DNA of 64,000 bases from a virus (IMGVR_UViG_3300028840_006985), one strand, 5' to 3'. Shown: positions 37,093 through 46,442, counted from the stretch's first letter. The notes: generated from the sequence alone by a model not told the origin. A program made the numbers and translations.

Positions 37093-38682
37093 ATGAGTTT
37101 AGATAATATGGCTGATTTTTTATTAAAATCATGGGAATCATTGGAAGGTTTAAAAGATATTAAGAATTTTATTGCAAACCATTGTGATAATGATGAATTG
37201 CAACAGACGCAAGCACAAATGCAAGTATATGTTCAAGAGTTAACCAATGGGATGTTGTTAATGGTATTAAAAAAGGTAACAGAAGAGTTGTTTACTGAAC
37301 CTACTGAACCTACTGAACCTACTGAACCTACTGAACCTACCGAACCTACTGAACCTACTGAACCTACTGAACCTACCGAACCTACTGAACCTACCGAACC
37401 TACTGAACCTACTGAACCTACCGAACCTACTGAACCTACCGAACCTATCGAACCTACTGAACCTGGACCTTCAATTGAGCCTATTGAACCTATGTTTTCA
37501 TTGTTAAATAATGAAATTATTAAATCTAGAACAAAAACATCATTGGATTTTGAAAGTTTTCCAACGATGCCACCAACGGATCTGTCTGGGAATACAATAT
37601 TTATAGATGCGGGTGGTGATATTCAACGGGCTGTGAACAATGCTCCATTGTTTAGTAAGTTAGTTTTAAGAGGTGGAGTGCATCAAATAAGCAATTTATC
37701 AATTAATAAACCTCTTACGCTAATAGGATATCCAGGGGAGGAGGCTGTATTAGTGCCAAGTGGACAAGGGAGGGGAATAGGAGTTACAGCTAATGATATT
37801 AGTTTAATTAATTTGGATATGAGGAATTACGAAGAATTTTGCGTGATCATGGGCCATGATATTCATAATTTAAAAATGGTTAATATGAAAATGGATAATA
37901 TGAGGGAAGGGGTAACTCTTTGGGGTGAACGAGGTTGTGGGGCGGTTGTTACCGGATTGTTAATGTATGCTTGTAGCGTAACAAATTTTGGTGAAATTGG
38001 ATTGCACTCAGGAGTTGGAAAAGGTGTAAATTGGCGAATTGAGAATTGCCGATTTATTGGAATTGGTGGAGGGGAGGGGTCAGGTGCTGATGCGTTGGCG
38101 ACGGAAGATTGTCACAATGTATTATTGGTAAATAATGAAATGGCCAATGCAACGGCAGATGGAATTGATTTAAAAGGTACTAATGTTGTAGTTTATAAAT
38201 GTAATATACATGATATCCTTCGAAATGGTGTGAAGCTATGGAATGGGGGGGATATTATTGATTCTCATATAATGAGGACGGGAGCTGATGGGCAAATAGT
38301 AGTTAGAGGTGGTAATTTATTTATTGATAATTCTGTCTGTATCTATCATGGCAGATCGGCGCCAAATGTTTACGATCCACCTTCTTATCATTCAACATTT
38401 GGGTATAATGAAGCGGGCGAGGGGGAAGCCGGGATGAATAGTGTTGAGCTAAGGAATTCTGTGTTTGCCTATTCTTATGGGGCGGTTTGGGTTAACGCAG
38501 GATGTAGTCAAATTACACTTAGCAATAATAAATTTTTCACTGGATGTTCAAATCATACTGTATTTCAACATGGTAGTTATGAGGTTATCTTAGGAGGTGA
38601 TGATGCGCAATTTGACAGATATGGTTCTTCAACGATTGAAGACCCTGGGTTGGCCTACGCAACATTGGCGGTAGGATGGTAA
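37093..38682 (+). CDS. right-handed parallel beta-helix (pectate-lyase-like) protein with TEP linker
   Basis: GDIQRAVNNA, LVLRGG.H, TLIGYPGE, DGIDLKG, GVKLW repeats; AAGGAG RBS. Confidence 0.8.
   Translation: MSLDNMADFLLKSWESLEGLKDIKNFIANHCDNDELQQTQAQMQVYVQELTNGMLLMVLKKVTEELFTEPTEPTEPTEPTEPTEPTEPTEPTEPTEPTEPTEPTEPTEPTEPTEPTEPIEPTEPGPSIEPIEPMFSLLNNEIIKSRTKTSLDFESFPTMPPTDLSGNTIFIDAGGDIQRAVNNAPLFSKLVLRGGVHQISNLSINKPLTLIGYPGEEAVLVPSGQGRGIGVTANDISLINLDMRNYEEFCVIMGHDIHNLKMVNMKMDNMREGVTLWGERGCGAVVTGLLMYACSVTNFGEIGLHSGVGKGVNWRIENCRFIGIGGGEGSGADALATEDCHNVLLVNNEMANATADGIDLKGTNVVVYKCNIHDILRNGVKLWNGGDIIDSHIMRTGADGQIVVRGGNLFIDNSVCIYHGRSAPNVYDPPSYHSTFGYNEAGEGEAGMNSVELRNSVFAYSYGAVWVNAGCSQITLSNNKFFTGCSNHTVFQHGSYEVILGGDDAQFDRYGSSTIEDPGLAYATLAVGW
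37294..37464 (+). repeat. 9-bp tandem repeat AC(T/C)GAACCT, 19 units (TEP)
   Basis: Read directly; one ATC unit. Confidence 0.95.
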
Positions 38683-38683
38683 T

Positions 38684-39052
38684 GTGAAGACTTTATGTGT
38701 TGATTTTGATGGCGTTATTAATTTGTATACTAGTGGTTGGACTTGGTTGAGTCATATTGGTGATATTCCAGATCGACCAGTTGAAGGTGCTTTTGATTGG
38801 TTAGAGGAAATGGTAAAACATTTTAAGGTGTATATTTATTCTAGTCGTTCTAAATTTGAAGGTGGTATTTATTTTATGAAAAAATGGTTTATAAAGCATG
38901 GATTTTCATCTGAAGTTCTTAATAAGTTAGAGTTTCCAACACAAAAGCCTCCTGCTCATCTTATAATAGATGATCGTGCTTATCTTTTTAAAGGACCTTC
39001 ATCTTTTCCTTCTGTAGAATTTATTCAAAATTTTAAACCTTGGAATAAGTAA
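38684..39052 (+). CDS. HAD-superfamily phosphatase/nucleotidase
   Basis: Motif I VDFDGV, SSR, KP...IIDDR. Confidence 0.8.
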   Translation: MKTLCVDFDGVINLYTSGWTWLSHIGDIPDRPVEGAFDWLEEMVKHFKVYIYSSRSKFEGGIYFMKKWFIKHGFSSEVLNKLEFPTQKPPAHLIIDDRAYLFKGPSSFPSVEFIQNFKPWNK

Positions 39053-39070
39053 GAGTGAAAAGTATTTTTT

Positions 39071-39113
39071 AAAAACATAAGGCTAGGTAGTAATTATCTA
39101 GCCTTATGTTTTT
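39071..39113. terminator. bidirectional intrinsic terminator
   Basis: AAAAACATAAGGCTAG...CTAGCCTTATGTTTTT. Confidence 0.8.
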
Positions 39114-39143
39114 ATCATGTATCAGAAAAGGATATTGTGTTAA

Positions 39144-39596
39144 ATGAAAGTTTTTTTTAAAGCCGAGTGTGTTGTTAACATAGAGACTACATTAGATTTT
39201 GATGATACTTATTATAATAGAATAATGATGAAGTATGCTTGTTTACAAAATTATTACGAGAGCATGTTTCGGAATAGTTACGACAGTAACCATAGTGATT
39301 TGGTTAAAATGATTAATGAAAAAGTACATAATGGGGGTCTATCTCTTAACAAAGTTGGCAGAGTTCAAAAAATAGAATTAATAGAATCAGAGGATGAGTT
39401 TAAAAACTTAAAAGTGGGTGAATGGTTTAAGTTGTTGCCAGATCAGGCAGGATATGATTATATTGCAGATCACAATTCAGTGTTTATGAAAATTGATGTT
39501 TGTGGAAACATAAATACGACAGTAGTTAAAGGTGAAGATGTTGGAAAATTTCGTTATTTTAATCCCAATATAGTCGTGATAAGGATTAGAGAATAA
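39144..39596 (+). CDS. tandem paralog family X, member 1
   Basis: MK.FFK...NIET.L; F.NLK.GE.F.L; FMK; V.GE.VG. Confidence 0.7.
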   Translation: MKVFFKAECVVNIETTLDFDDTYYNRIMMKYACLQNYYESMFRNSYDSNHSDLVKMINEKVHNGGLSLNKVGRVQKIELIESEDEFKNLKVGEWFKLLPDQAGYDYIADHNSVFMKIDVCGNINTTVVKGEDVGKFRYFNPNIVVIRIRE

Positions 39597-39620
39597 TAAA
39601 AAAATCAAGGAAGAAAAACA

Positions 39621-39755
39621 ATGATAGAAGGATATAAGTTTTTTTTAAAAGATTACAAAGCAAAGTACGGTGATTTTCAGTTTAAGGTAGGAGAACGATA
39701 TAAACATGATGGTCCAGTAATGATGCAAATCGAGATGTTCGGAACAGGGCGGTAG
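39621..39755 (+). pseudogene. 5' stub of LRV-repeat gene (copy C)
   Basis: First 33 codons and upstream AAAATCAAGGAAGAAAA nearly identical to copy B, then unrelated sequence and TAG. Confidence 0.85.
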
Positions 39756-39786
39756 ACGTTTTAAGACTAAGATTAAAGGAAGAAAA

Positions 39787-40227
39787 ATGAAGAAGATTTT
39801 TTTCAAAGGCAAAGGCAGAGTAATTATCAATATGGAGACCTTGTTAGAGATCTCCGATCCTGATTTTCAGAGGGCAACATTTAAACATGGTGGTTTACAG
39901 GATTATTTCAATGAAAGGCGTGATGAATTGCTTTCATTGATTAATGAAAAGAGGTGGGAACTAGCGTCAGACGATAGAGTTATGGAAATTGTTTCAATAG
40001 ATTTATTAGAGGAGGTGGATGTATTTATCAATTTAAAAATAGGTGAACGGTTTAGGCAATTTTCACAATTAGGTGTTATTGATGAATCAATATTTATGAG
40101 AACCATTAACGAGTATTGTGGCACTACTGGTAAGGTAACATTGAGGGCAGTAAAGATTGAGGGTGGTGAGGGTGTTGGAAATATTATTTCTTTAGGGGAT
40201 GATTGTCTCGTAATAAGGATCGACTAA
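39787..40227 (+). CDS. tandem paralog family X, member 2
   Basis: MKKIFFKG..INMETLL; FINLKIGERF; AVKIEGGEGVG. Confidence 0.7.
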   Translation: MKKIFFKGKGRVIINMETLLEISDPDFQRATFKHGGLQDYFNERRDELLSLINEKRWELASDDRVMEIVSIDLLEEVDVFINLKIGERFRQFSQLGVIDESIFMRTINEYCGTTGKVTLRAVKIEGGEGVGNIISLGDDCLVIRID

Positions 40228-40240
40228 GAGAGGATAAACA

Positions 40241-40414
40241 ATGTCAAGAGATATTAAATGGGATCATGGTTACCTTAGAGAATATGAAAGATCTGATGAG
40301 GATTTTAACGGAAAGAGCCTTAAACAGGCAGTGTTAGATCTTCAGAAGCAAATTTGCGATTTAGAGAGAGTGATTGATTTTATAAAAAAGAAGGGAGAAG
40401 GGGAGAATGGGTGA
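40241..40414 (+). CDS. small hypothetical protein (57 aa)
   Basis: AGAGGA RBS, overlaps next start; below the ORF-track cutoff. Confidence 0.4.
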   Translation: MSRDIKWDHGYLREYERSDEDFNGKSLKQAVLDLQKQICDLERVIDFIKKKGEGENG

Positions 40415-40862
40415 GGTAAGGAAGATTTTTTTTAAAGGTAAATGTAAAATAGCTGCCAATATAGAAACTGTATTAGAATGGTCAAAGGATGAATTTGATG
40501 AGATATTGGCAGAATATGGACATCTGAAGGATTTTTTCACAAGTAATTATAACTTGTTATCTGAAATGATTAACGAGCAAAGTTGTAAAGGAGAATTATC
40601 GATTAGTCAAATTGGCGTGGGTAAGCAGTCTGTCGAGGATATCTCAATAGAGTCATTAGGGGTGATGTATATTTTTGATGATTTAAAACAAGGTGAACGA
40701 TTTAAACTCTTACCAGATAATGGAAAATCGGTTTTTGTCAAGACTGAAGAGAAATGTGATAAGTATGGGCGGGTAACAATAAATGCAGTGGCAGTTGAAG
40801 GAAGAAATGTCGGATGTTTATATTGTTTTGATTTCAATCGGAATGTGGAAAAGGTGAAATAA
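40407..40862 (+). CDS. tandem paralog family X, member 3
   Basis: KIFFKG..ANIETVL; FDDLKQGERFKL; NAVAVEGRNVG. Confidence 0.7.
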   Translation: MGEVRKIFFKGKCKIAANIETVLEWSKDEFDEILAEYGHLKDFFTSNYNLLSEMINEQSCKGELSISQIGVGKQSVEDISIESLGVMYIFDDLKQGERFKLLPDNGKSVFVKTEEKCDKYGRVTINAVAVEGRNVGCLYCFDFNRNVEKVK

Positions 40863-41261
40863 ATGAAAAAAGTTTTTCTTGAATGTAGATGTGTTTTAAA
40901 AATAAAGAGTGTATTGGATGTGCCTGATAATTATGTAAACAATAACGATGAAGTGGTTAGAATAATTAAGGGAGAAATATCTGGAGGAGGCATTAGGGTT
41001 CATGGTGATCTTATAGAGAATGTTCAAATAGATTTACTTGAAGTTGGAAATGTATTTTACAATTTGAAGACAGGTAGTCAGTTTAAGTTAGCACCAGATA
41101 GTTTGGGGTATAGTGAACATTCAATATTTGTTAAGATTGATAAACATAGTAATAGCAATGATGAAGAATTCAATGCGGTAAGGGTTAAAGGCATTGAAAA
41201 TGTTGGAAAATTGTGTTATTTTATTCCCATGCAACCTGTAGTAAAAATTAATAATTCTTAA
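40863..41261 (+). CDS. tandem paralog family X, member 4
   Basis: MKKVFLEC; FYNLKTGSQFKL; NAVRVKGIENVG. Confidence 0.7.
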   Translation: MKKVFLECRCVLKIKSVLDVPDNYVNNNDEVVRIIKGEISGGGIRVHGDLIENVQIDLLEVGNVFYNLKTGSQFKLAPDSLGYSEHSIFVKIDKHSNSNDEEFNAVRVKGIENVGKLCYFIPMQPVVKINNS

Positions 41262-41279
41262 CTTAACGGGAACTAAAAA

Positions 41280-41672
41280 ATGAGTCAAACAAAGGTTATT
41301 AAAGATTTATACAATAGAATCGTGGAGCAACGAGAGCATAATAAAGGGATATTTATTTATGATGATATTTTGAGTAATATTAATCGAAATGGTGAAGTAT
41401 TTGTTGAGCCTGACGGAACTAGTGGTAATTTAAATTTGTATGGAAGTGATAATAATGGAAGGGTGATTCGTAGGCGGTTTGCGTGGATTTCGGTTCAGAG
41501 CGTGGATAAATTATGGTCTTTTTTAAAAGAACATGGATTTGTAAAAAAGTTTAGGGTGCATTCCAAGTTGGATTTGTCGGAATTTGAAGGAGGGGAGGGT
41601 TGGGTTTCCATTTCGCCAAGAAGTGTGGAAGAGATAGGAATTAATTATGGGGGAGACAGGAGGCAAAAATGA
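41280..41672 (+). CDS. hypothetical protein
   Basis: 130-aa ORF in island. Confidence 0.55.
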   Translation: MSQTKVIKDLYNRIVEQREHNKGIFIYDDILSNINRNGEVFVEPDGTSGNLNLYGSDNNGRVIRRRFAWISVQSVDKLWSFLKEHGFVKKFRVHSKLDLSEFEGGEGWVSISPRSVEEIGINYGGDRRQK

Positions 41673-41719
41673 GTGTAAGTACTGATGCTATATTATTTTA
41701 TGGATTTTTTTTAGAATAA
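41669..41719 (+). pseudogene. 16-codon gene stub MSVSTDAILFYGFFLE
   Basis: AGGAGG RBS, ATGA coupling; start resembles a phage protein family start but stops at once. Confidence 0.35.
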
Positions 41720-41792
41720 ATCTAATCTTCCATATGGTGTAGGATGATAAAAACTATTAATTAATGTAAATTAAAAAGATGGAACTGTCAAA

Positions 41793-42296
41793 ATGCCGTT
41801 AGTAGTTGTTGATCTGTTTAACTCAATTAAGTCTGTTTTTGAGGATGTTTCTCAAAATCAGAAGACATCCTTAGATGCAGCCAAAGGATTGGCCGGGGCA
41901 TATAATAGTTATGCGTCAACGGCGATGGCTGGGGTTGCAACTCCAATTTTTACGGGGGCTGAGGAGGCAATTATGACGGGGACGTTGGCGGCGGTTTTAA
42001 CTCCGATGGGTGCGGCGGCCACCTTTGCGATGGCATTACAGAATGCAATATTGAGTTATTGGCTTGCGCCTCCTGTAAATTTTATTGGCACTCATCCTGG
42101 AATGGTAACTGTGGCGCCGGGGGTACTTACGCTAGGTGCTTCTTTAACGTCGGTATTGTCTAATCCGATGAACACTATTGAATCAGCTGCTCAACAGATG
42201 GCAACATTGATTGACGTAGCGACTAAAACGGTAATTGTTACGTTTTTTCCTCCACCGCCTATACCTCCGCCTCCACCGCCTATGCCAATTGTTTAA
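41793..42296 (+). CDS. spike-associated conserved baseplate protein (putative)
   Basis: Ala-rich, AAQQMATLIDVATKTVIV, Pro-rich end; type I recall following Gp5 genes. Confidence 0.55.
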   Translation: MPLVVVDLFNSIKSVFEDVSQNQKTSLDAAKGLAGAYNSYASTAMAGVATPIFTGAEEAIMTGTLAAVLTPMGAAATFAMALQNAILSYWLAPPVNFIGTHPGMVTVAPGVLTLGASLTSVLSNPMNTIESAAQQMATLIDVATKTVIVTFFPPPPIPPPPPPMPIV

Positions 42297-42331
42297 TTTT
42301 TTTGAAAATATATTGTCAAATTAAGGAGTTT

Positions 42332-42509
42332 ATGACAGCAATGATTAGTCCGCAAACTTTATTAAGATTGCTCTAATATTATAATTGCTGTTCCTGGTGG
42401 TTATGAAGAAGAGTTAAGATCGGGTACATGGTCAACAATTCGATATGCGAAAAAAATAAAAACATCATATAAAATAATTTATCCCGACGGGTCTATTGGG
42501 GATGAATAA
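42332..42509 (+). pseudogene. SLOG/DprA-like gene remnant
   Basis: AAGGAG-ATG in one frame, then out-of-frame C-terminal IIIAVP..EEELRSGTWSTIRYAKK..IIYPDGS. Confidence 0.5.
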
Positions 42510-42540
42510 CAAATTGTCATTTCTTTAGTTTTTTCTTTCT

Positions 42541-42594
42541 CTAAAAAACAAATATCCAAGCAATCTAGTTGATTTTCTTATTATTTTATGTTAT
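42541..42594 (+). repeat. ~54-bp direct repeat copy 1 containing promoter TTGATT-17-TATTCC
   Basis: 38-bp identical core AAAAACAAATATCCAAGCAATCTAGTTGATTTTCTTAT shared with 43221..43258. Confidence 0.9.
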
Positions 42595-42619
42595 TCCTTA
42601 TTAAGAAGAGGGAGAAAAA

Positions 42620-43207
42620 ATGAGTTTTATATCTGATTTGAGACAGATTTGTGAAGTAAAAAGTAGTGAATTATTTCATACTACTTCATTTGAGGGTTTA
42701 TTGGGTATATTAAAAGATAAAAAGCTTAAATCTAGAAATATTAATAATTCGTTTATATCTTTTTCTGAAGTTCCATATCTGGGTGATATAAGTGGTAATG
42801 ATATAGTTTTGGTGTTTAATCGAAATAAATTAAGAAATCAATTAATCAAAGTTGAATATACAAAGAAATGGTATGAACAATATACAGATCAAGCGGCTTA
42901 TATTGCTGGTGAAGGTTGGTTAGCCCAATTTGATATAGATGATTGGATTGATTCAGATGATATTGATATTGAGACAGGGGAAGTTGATTCAGATGTAGAA
43001 AATGAAGTTTATGCACAGGCTGAGATGCAGGCTTTTTTAGATAAGAGTAGCGAAAAGGAATGGATAACAAGGCAAGAGATGCAGCCGGTTAGCTTTGATT
43101 ATGATGATATTTACGTTATTCTGGTGCCTGATAGGACAAAAATTGATATGGTTAAGAGCTGGTTAGATGATTTGGGAATTAATATTAAAATAAAATCATT
43201 AAGATAG
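42620..43207 (+). CDS. putative ADP-ribosyltransferase-fold protein with ISDLRQICE leader
   Basis: LFHTT..GL.GIL....LKS, FISFSE, late EKEW (ExE-like). Confidence 0.55.
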   Translation: MSFISDLRQICEVKSSELFHTTSFEGLLGILKDKKLKSRNINNSFISFSEVPYLGDISGNDIVLVFNRNKLRNQLIKVEYTKKWYEQYTDQAAYIAGEGWLAQFDIDDWIDSDDIDIETGEVDSDVENEVYAQAEMQAFLDKSSEKEWITRQEMQPVSFDYDDIYVILVPDRTKIDMVKSWLDDLGINIKIKSLR

Positions 43208-43218
43208 ATCTTTTTTTT

Positions 43219-43271
43219 CTAAAAACAAATATCCAAGCAATCTAGTTGATTTTCTTATCATTTTATGCTAT
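43219..43271 (+). repeat. ~54-bp direct repeat copy 2 containing promoter TTGATT-17-TATCGT
   Basis: See copy 1; lies upstream of the gp25 gene. Confidence 0.9.
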
Positions 43272-43319
43272 CGTCTATTAGAATGTGTGTAAAAATCTAA
43301 ATATTTTAAGGGTTTCTCA

Positions 43320-43685
43320 ATGGGTTTATATGGGATTTCTTTTCCATGGCGCAAAGGGGATGATGGTATACCCTCGGCAGATTATGATCGAAACGTAGTC
43401 AAAGGTTCTATAATTCAGATAATCAAGACTAGGATGGGCGAGAGGATAAGGGAGCCAACTTACGGAAGTTTGATTTATAGACTATTATTTGATAATAATA
43501 ACGAGCTGACAATAGTAAAAATAAAAGAGGAAGTGTACAGGGCTATTAGTGCATGGGAAAAGAGGGTGGATATTTTAAAGATAGATGTTGTCATTGACGA
43601 ATCAACTATTACTATTGATGTGTTTTATGAGTATTTAAACGAAGCTGATGACGTAAAAATTGAGATAGATAAAATTGTTGTTTAG
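43320..43685 (+). CDS. baseplate wedge protein gp25/GpW family
   Basis: GISFPW, SIIQII.T..GERI.EP.YGS....LFD, AI..WE.RV. Confidence 0.92.
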   Translation: MGLYGISFPWRKGDDGIPSADYDRNVVKGSIIQIIKTRMGERIREPTYGSLIYRLLFDNNNELTIVKIKEEVYRAISAWEKRVDILKIDVVIDESTITIDVFYEYLNEADDVKIEIDKIVV

Positions 43686-43694
43686 GGAAATAAG

Positions 43695-46442
43695 ATGATT
43701 TTAGGCATTCCTGAATTAACCGCTCATCCATCCAGTGTTGATCAGTATTATATTTATTACAACACTTCAGATGATAAAATTTACATACGAACTAATGCCG
43801 TTGATCCTGCAACGTGGGAGGAAATTGACACGGGGGCATCAATAAGGGAGGCAACGCGTATTGGGCATACATTGGCTCGTGTTAAGTATGCTGGAAGAGA
43901 TTATGGAACATTTCAAGATGAGATTTTAGCTTTTATCAAAGAGCAGTATGGGGATAGTTTTAATGATTTTGCCATTTCTCAATTGGCAATTATGATAGTG
44001 CAGTATGTGTCATTTGGGTTGGACACACTGTCTTGGTATTTAGATAAGCAAGTTGAAGAAAATTTTATTACGACGGCCCGTCTAAGATCTAGCGTAAATC
44101 GATTTGCAAAATTGTTAGGATACAAGCCTGGACCGATGGTTAATGCGTCGGTTGATTTGGAAATTATTTTAGACAAGAATTATGGTTTTGATATTACCAT
44201 TCCGGCCGGTGAAAAATTAAATGCACCTAATGGGTTAATTTACGAATTAAATCAAGATGTAACATTTACTGCGGCAGAGCAGGCTGGGGCTTCTTATCCG
44301 TATACAAAAACAACTTTTTTATTGGGTCAAAATATATCGGCGTACGAGGGCGAGACAAAGACAGAGTTTTTTACTTCTGATGGAACAGCCAACCAGATAT
44401 TTAAATTAACGACAGTGCCGGACGACAAATATATAGCGATGGAGTCTGTAACGGTAACGGTTGACGGTGCGGAGTGGACGGAAAATGATTTTTTAGAATT
44501 TGATCAAACAGATCAATATATGGTGGATTATGCCGCGGATCCTCAAACTATTGTTTTTGGAAATGGGGCCATAGGTAATATACCGTCGGACGGTGCTGAA
44601 ATAAAGGTAACCTATATTGCTGGGAGTGGAATTAACGGAAGTGTTGCAGCGGAGACAATAACATCGTTTAAGAATTCGATAACAGTTAATCTTCAGACGA
44701 TTGGTTTAACGACCAATAATCCTTTAGCCTCATCGGGGGCATCGGCGGAAGAATCGTTGGCATCGATTAAGGCTAATGCTCCTAAATATTTCGCAACAGC
44801 GGACAGGGCGGTATCAAGAAGCGATTATATTACGTTATCAGAAAAATATAGCCATGGAGTTTATGGTGCGATTGAGAAGGCCAACGCAACGAGGCTTTTA
44901 GGGGTTGAAAACGAGGCAGGCATTCAGTCGGGGTTAGCAGCAATTAATCAGGCGACGGCGAATTTAAGCAATTTTTTAAGCATTATTAATACCCAAAATA
45001 CAAATATAAGAAGTTATTCGAGTGCTATTAATACCGAAACGGCTGATTCAAAGATTAAAACTGCTGCAATAAGGACTCTTTTAACTACCATCTCTGCAGA
45101 TGTTACAAATATTAAAAATCATTTAGCAGATGCTAAATTAGATCTTGATGAGGCTGAGATTGTAGCTAATGCAATTCCGTTTCAGGAGATATTAGGCCAG
45201 GGGGATGGGACGACAGTAGCATTTTCAAAAACGTTAACCTTTGCTCCGGTTGCTAAATCACTTTTTATTACGGTTAATCCGTCTGTGATAAAAACATCCA
45301 ATATTGGCGATTGCGACACGTCGGCAGGTTATTTAATAGTGGCTACAGCTGGATTTTTTACATCTGGCCATGTGAGCAATGCTGTAAAAATTGGTGGAGT
45401 AAAGCGTAAGATAGTAGAATATATTGACGAAAATACAATTAGATATTCAGGAACTCGTATTTTTGGAGATGATTTAATTATTGAGATATACGGTGACGCG
45501 GTTTATGGAGCTGACAATGGGGCGGGGGCTATAACTGGTCCAGGAGTAAGTACGGGATCGATTAATTATACAACGGCGGCGTTGGCAATTACTTTTAATA
45601 TAGCTCCGGAAGGAATCAGCTCTGCCTATGGGGAGAATATTTATATTAATTATCAATATATAAATCAGTCAATAATTACTGCAATGGCAGATGCAGAGTT
45701 GGATTTAGATGAAGCTGAAACAGACGCGGATCAGGTTGTAACTGACAGTGGGAGTATTAGTACTGAGTTGGACAATATAGATATAAATATGGATGATATA
45801 GATACTAACTGTACAGGAATAACAACAGCTAGTAATACGAGTGATACTTATGTTACTTATGCTTTAGTTATTCCGACCAATGTTGCAACAGCAGTAACTA
45901 GCCTGGAAGATTACTTAGATGAAGTTATTAGTGATCAATGCAAAGTTAACATAATAAAAATTCTTATTTTGGCTGTCGATGTTTCAGGTTTTTATACTGC
46001 ACCTTCAAACGGATTAATATCTGCATTAAAGGATCATTTAGATACAAGAGCAACAGCGACAGTTACGGTTTCAGTGGTAAGCGGAATAAGCAGTTTACTT
46101 AATGTTGACGTTGCTGTCAAGGTAAAAGTAAAGGAAGCTTTTACAGCAGCGACTGTTTTAAACGAGGTGAGTACTCAGGTAGATAATGTTTTAAAGGGTA
46201 GAGATTTTGGAGATGCACTTAGGTTGGACGAATTTAATCAAGCAATAAGAGACAATGTTGTTACGTTGGCTGGAGAGACTAAATATGAATATGTAAATGT
46301 TAGCATTGCCAATGTTGAATTTGCAGATTCATATGTGACAGATACACCGCCAAGTGTTAATAGTGATGGAGATTTGGAGATATTAGAAGAACAAATAGTT
46401 ACAAAAGGGTCTGGAACTTCGGTAACCTTAGTTGTAGATTAA
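43695..46442 (+). CDS. baseplate J / gp6-like wedge protein with coiled-coil insertion
   Basis: GRDY..F, TARLRSSV..AKLLGY, SDG.ANQ.F, FGNG..G.IP, ESLASIKANAP, RAVSRSDY. Confidence 0.9.
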   Translation: MILGIPELTAHPSSVDQYYIYYNTSDDKIYIRTNAVDPATWEEIDTGASIREATRIGHTLARVKYAGRDYGTFQDEILAFIKEQYGDSFNDFAISQLAIMIVQYVSFGLDTLSWYLDKQVEENFITTARLRSSVNRFAKLLGYKPGPMVNASVDLEIILDKNYGFDITIPAGEKLNAPNGLIYELNQDVTFTAAEQAGASYPYTKTTFLLGQNISAYEGETKTEFFTSDGTANQIFKLTTVPDDKYIAMESVTVTVDGAEWTENDFLEFDQTDQYMVDYAADPQTIVFGNGAIGNIPSDGAEIKVTYIAGSGINGSVAAETITSFKNSITVNLQTIGLTTNNPLASSGASAEESLASIKANAPKYFATADRAVSRSDYITLSEKYSHGVYGAIEKANATRLLGVENEAGIQSGLAAINQATANLSNFLSIINTQNTNIRSYSSAINTETADSKIKTAAIRTLLTTISADVTNIKNHLADAKLDLDEAEIVANAIPFQEILGQGDGTTVAFSKTLTFAPVAKSLFITVNPSVIKTSNIGDCDTSAGYLIVATAGFFTSGHVSNAVKIGGVKRKIVEYIDENTIRYSGTRIFGDDLIIEIYGDAVYGADNGAGAITGPGVSTGSINYTTAALAITFNIAPEGISSAYGENIYINYQYINQSIITAMADAELDLDEAETDADQVVTDSGSISTELDNIDINMDDIDTNCTGITTASNTSDTYVTYALVIPTNVATAVTSLEDYLDEVISDQCKVNIIKILILAVDVSGFYTAPSNGLISALKDHLDTRATATVTVSVVSGISSLLNVDVAVKVKVKEAFTAATVLNEVSTQVDNVLKGRDFGDALRLDEFNQAIRDNVVTLAGETKYEYVNVSIANVEFADSYVTDTPPSVNSDGDLEILEEQIVTKGSGTSVTLVVD

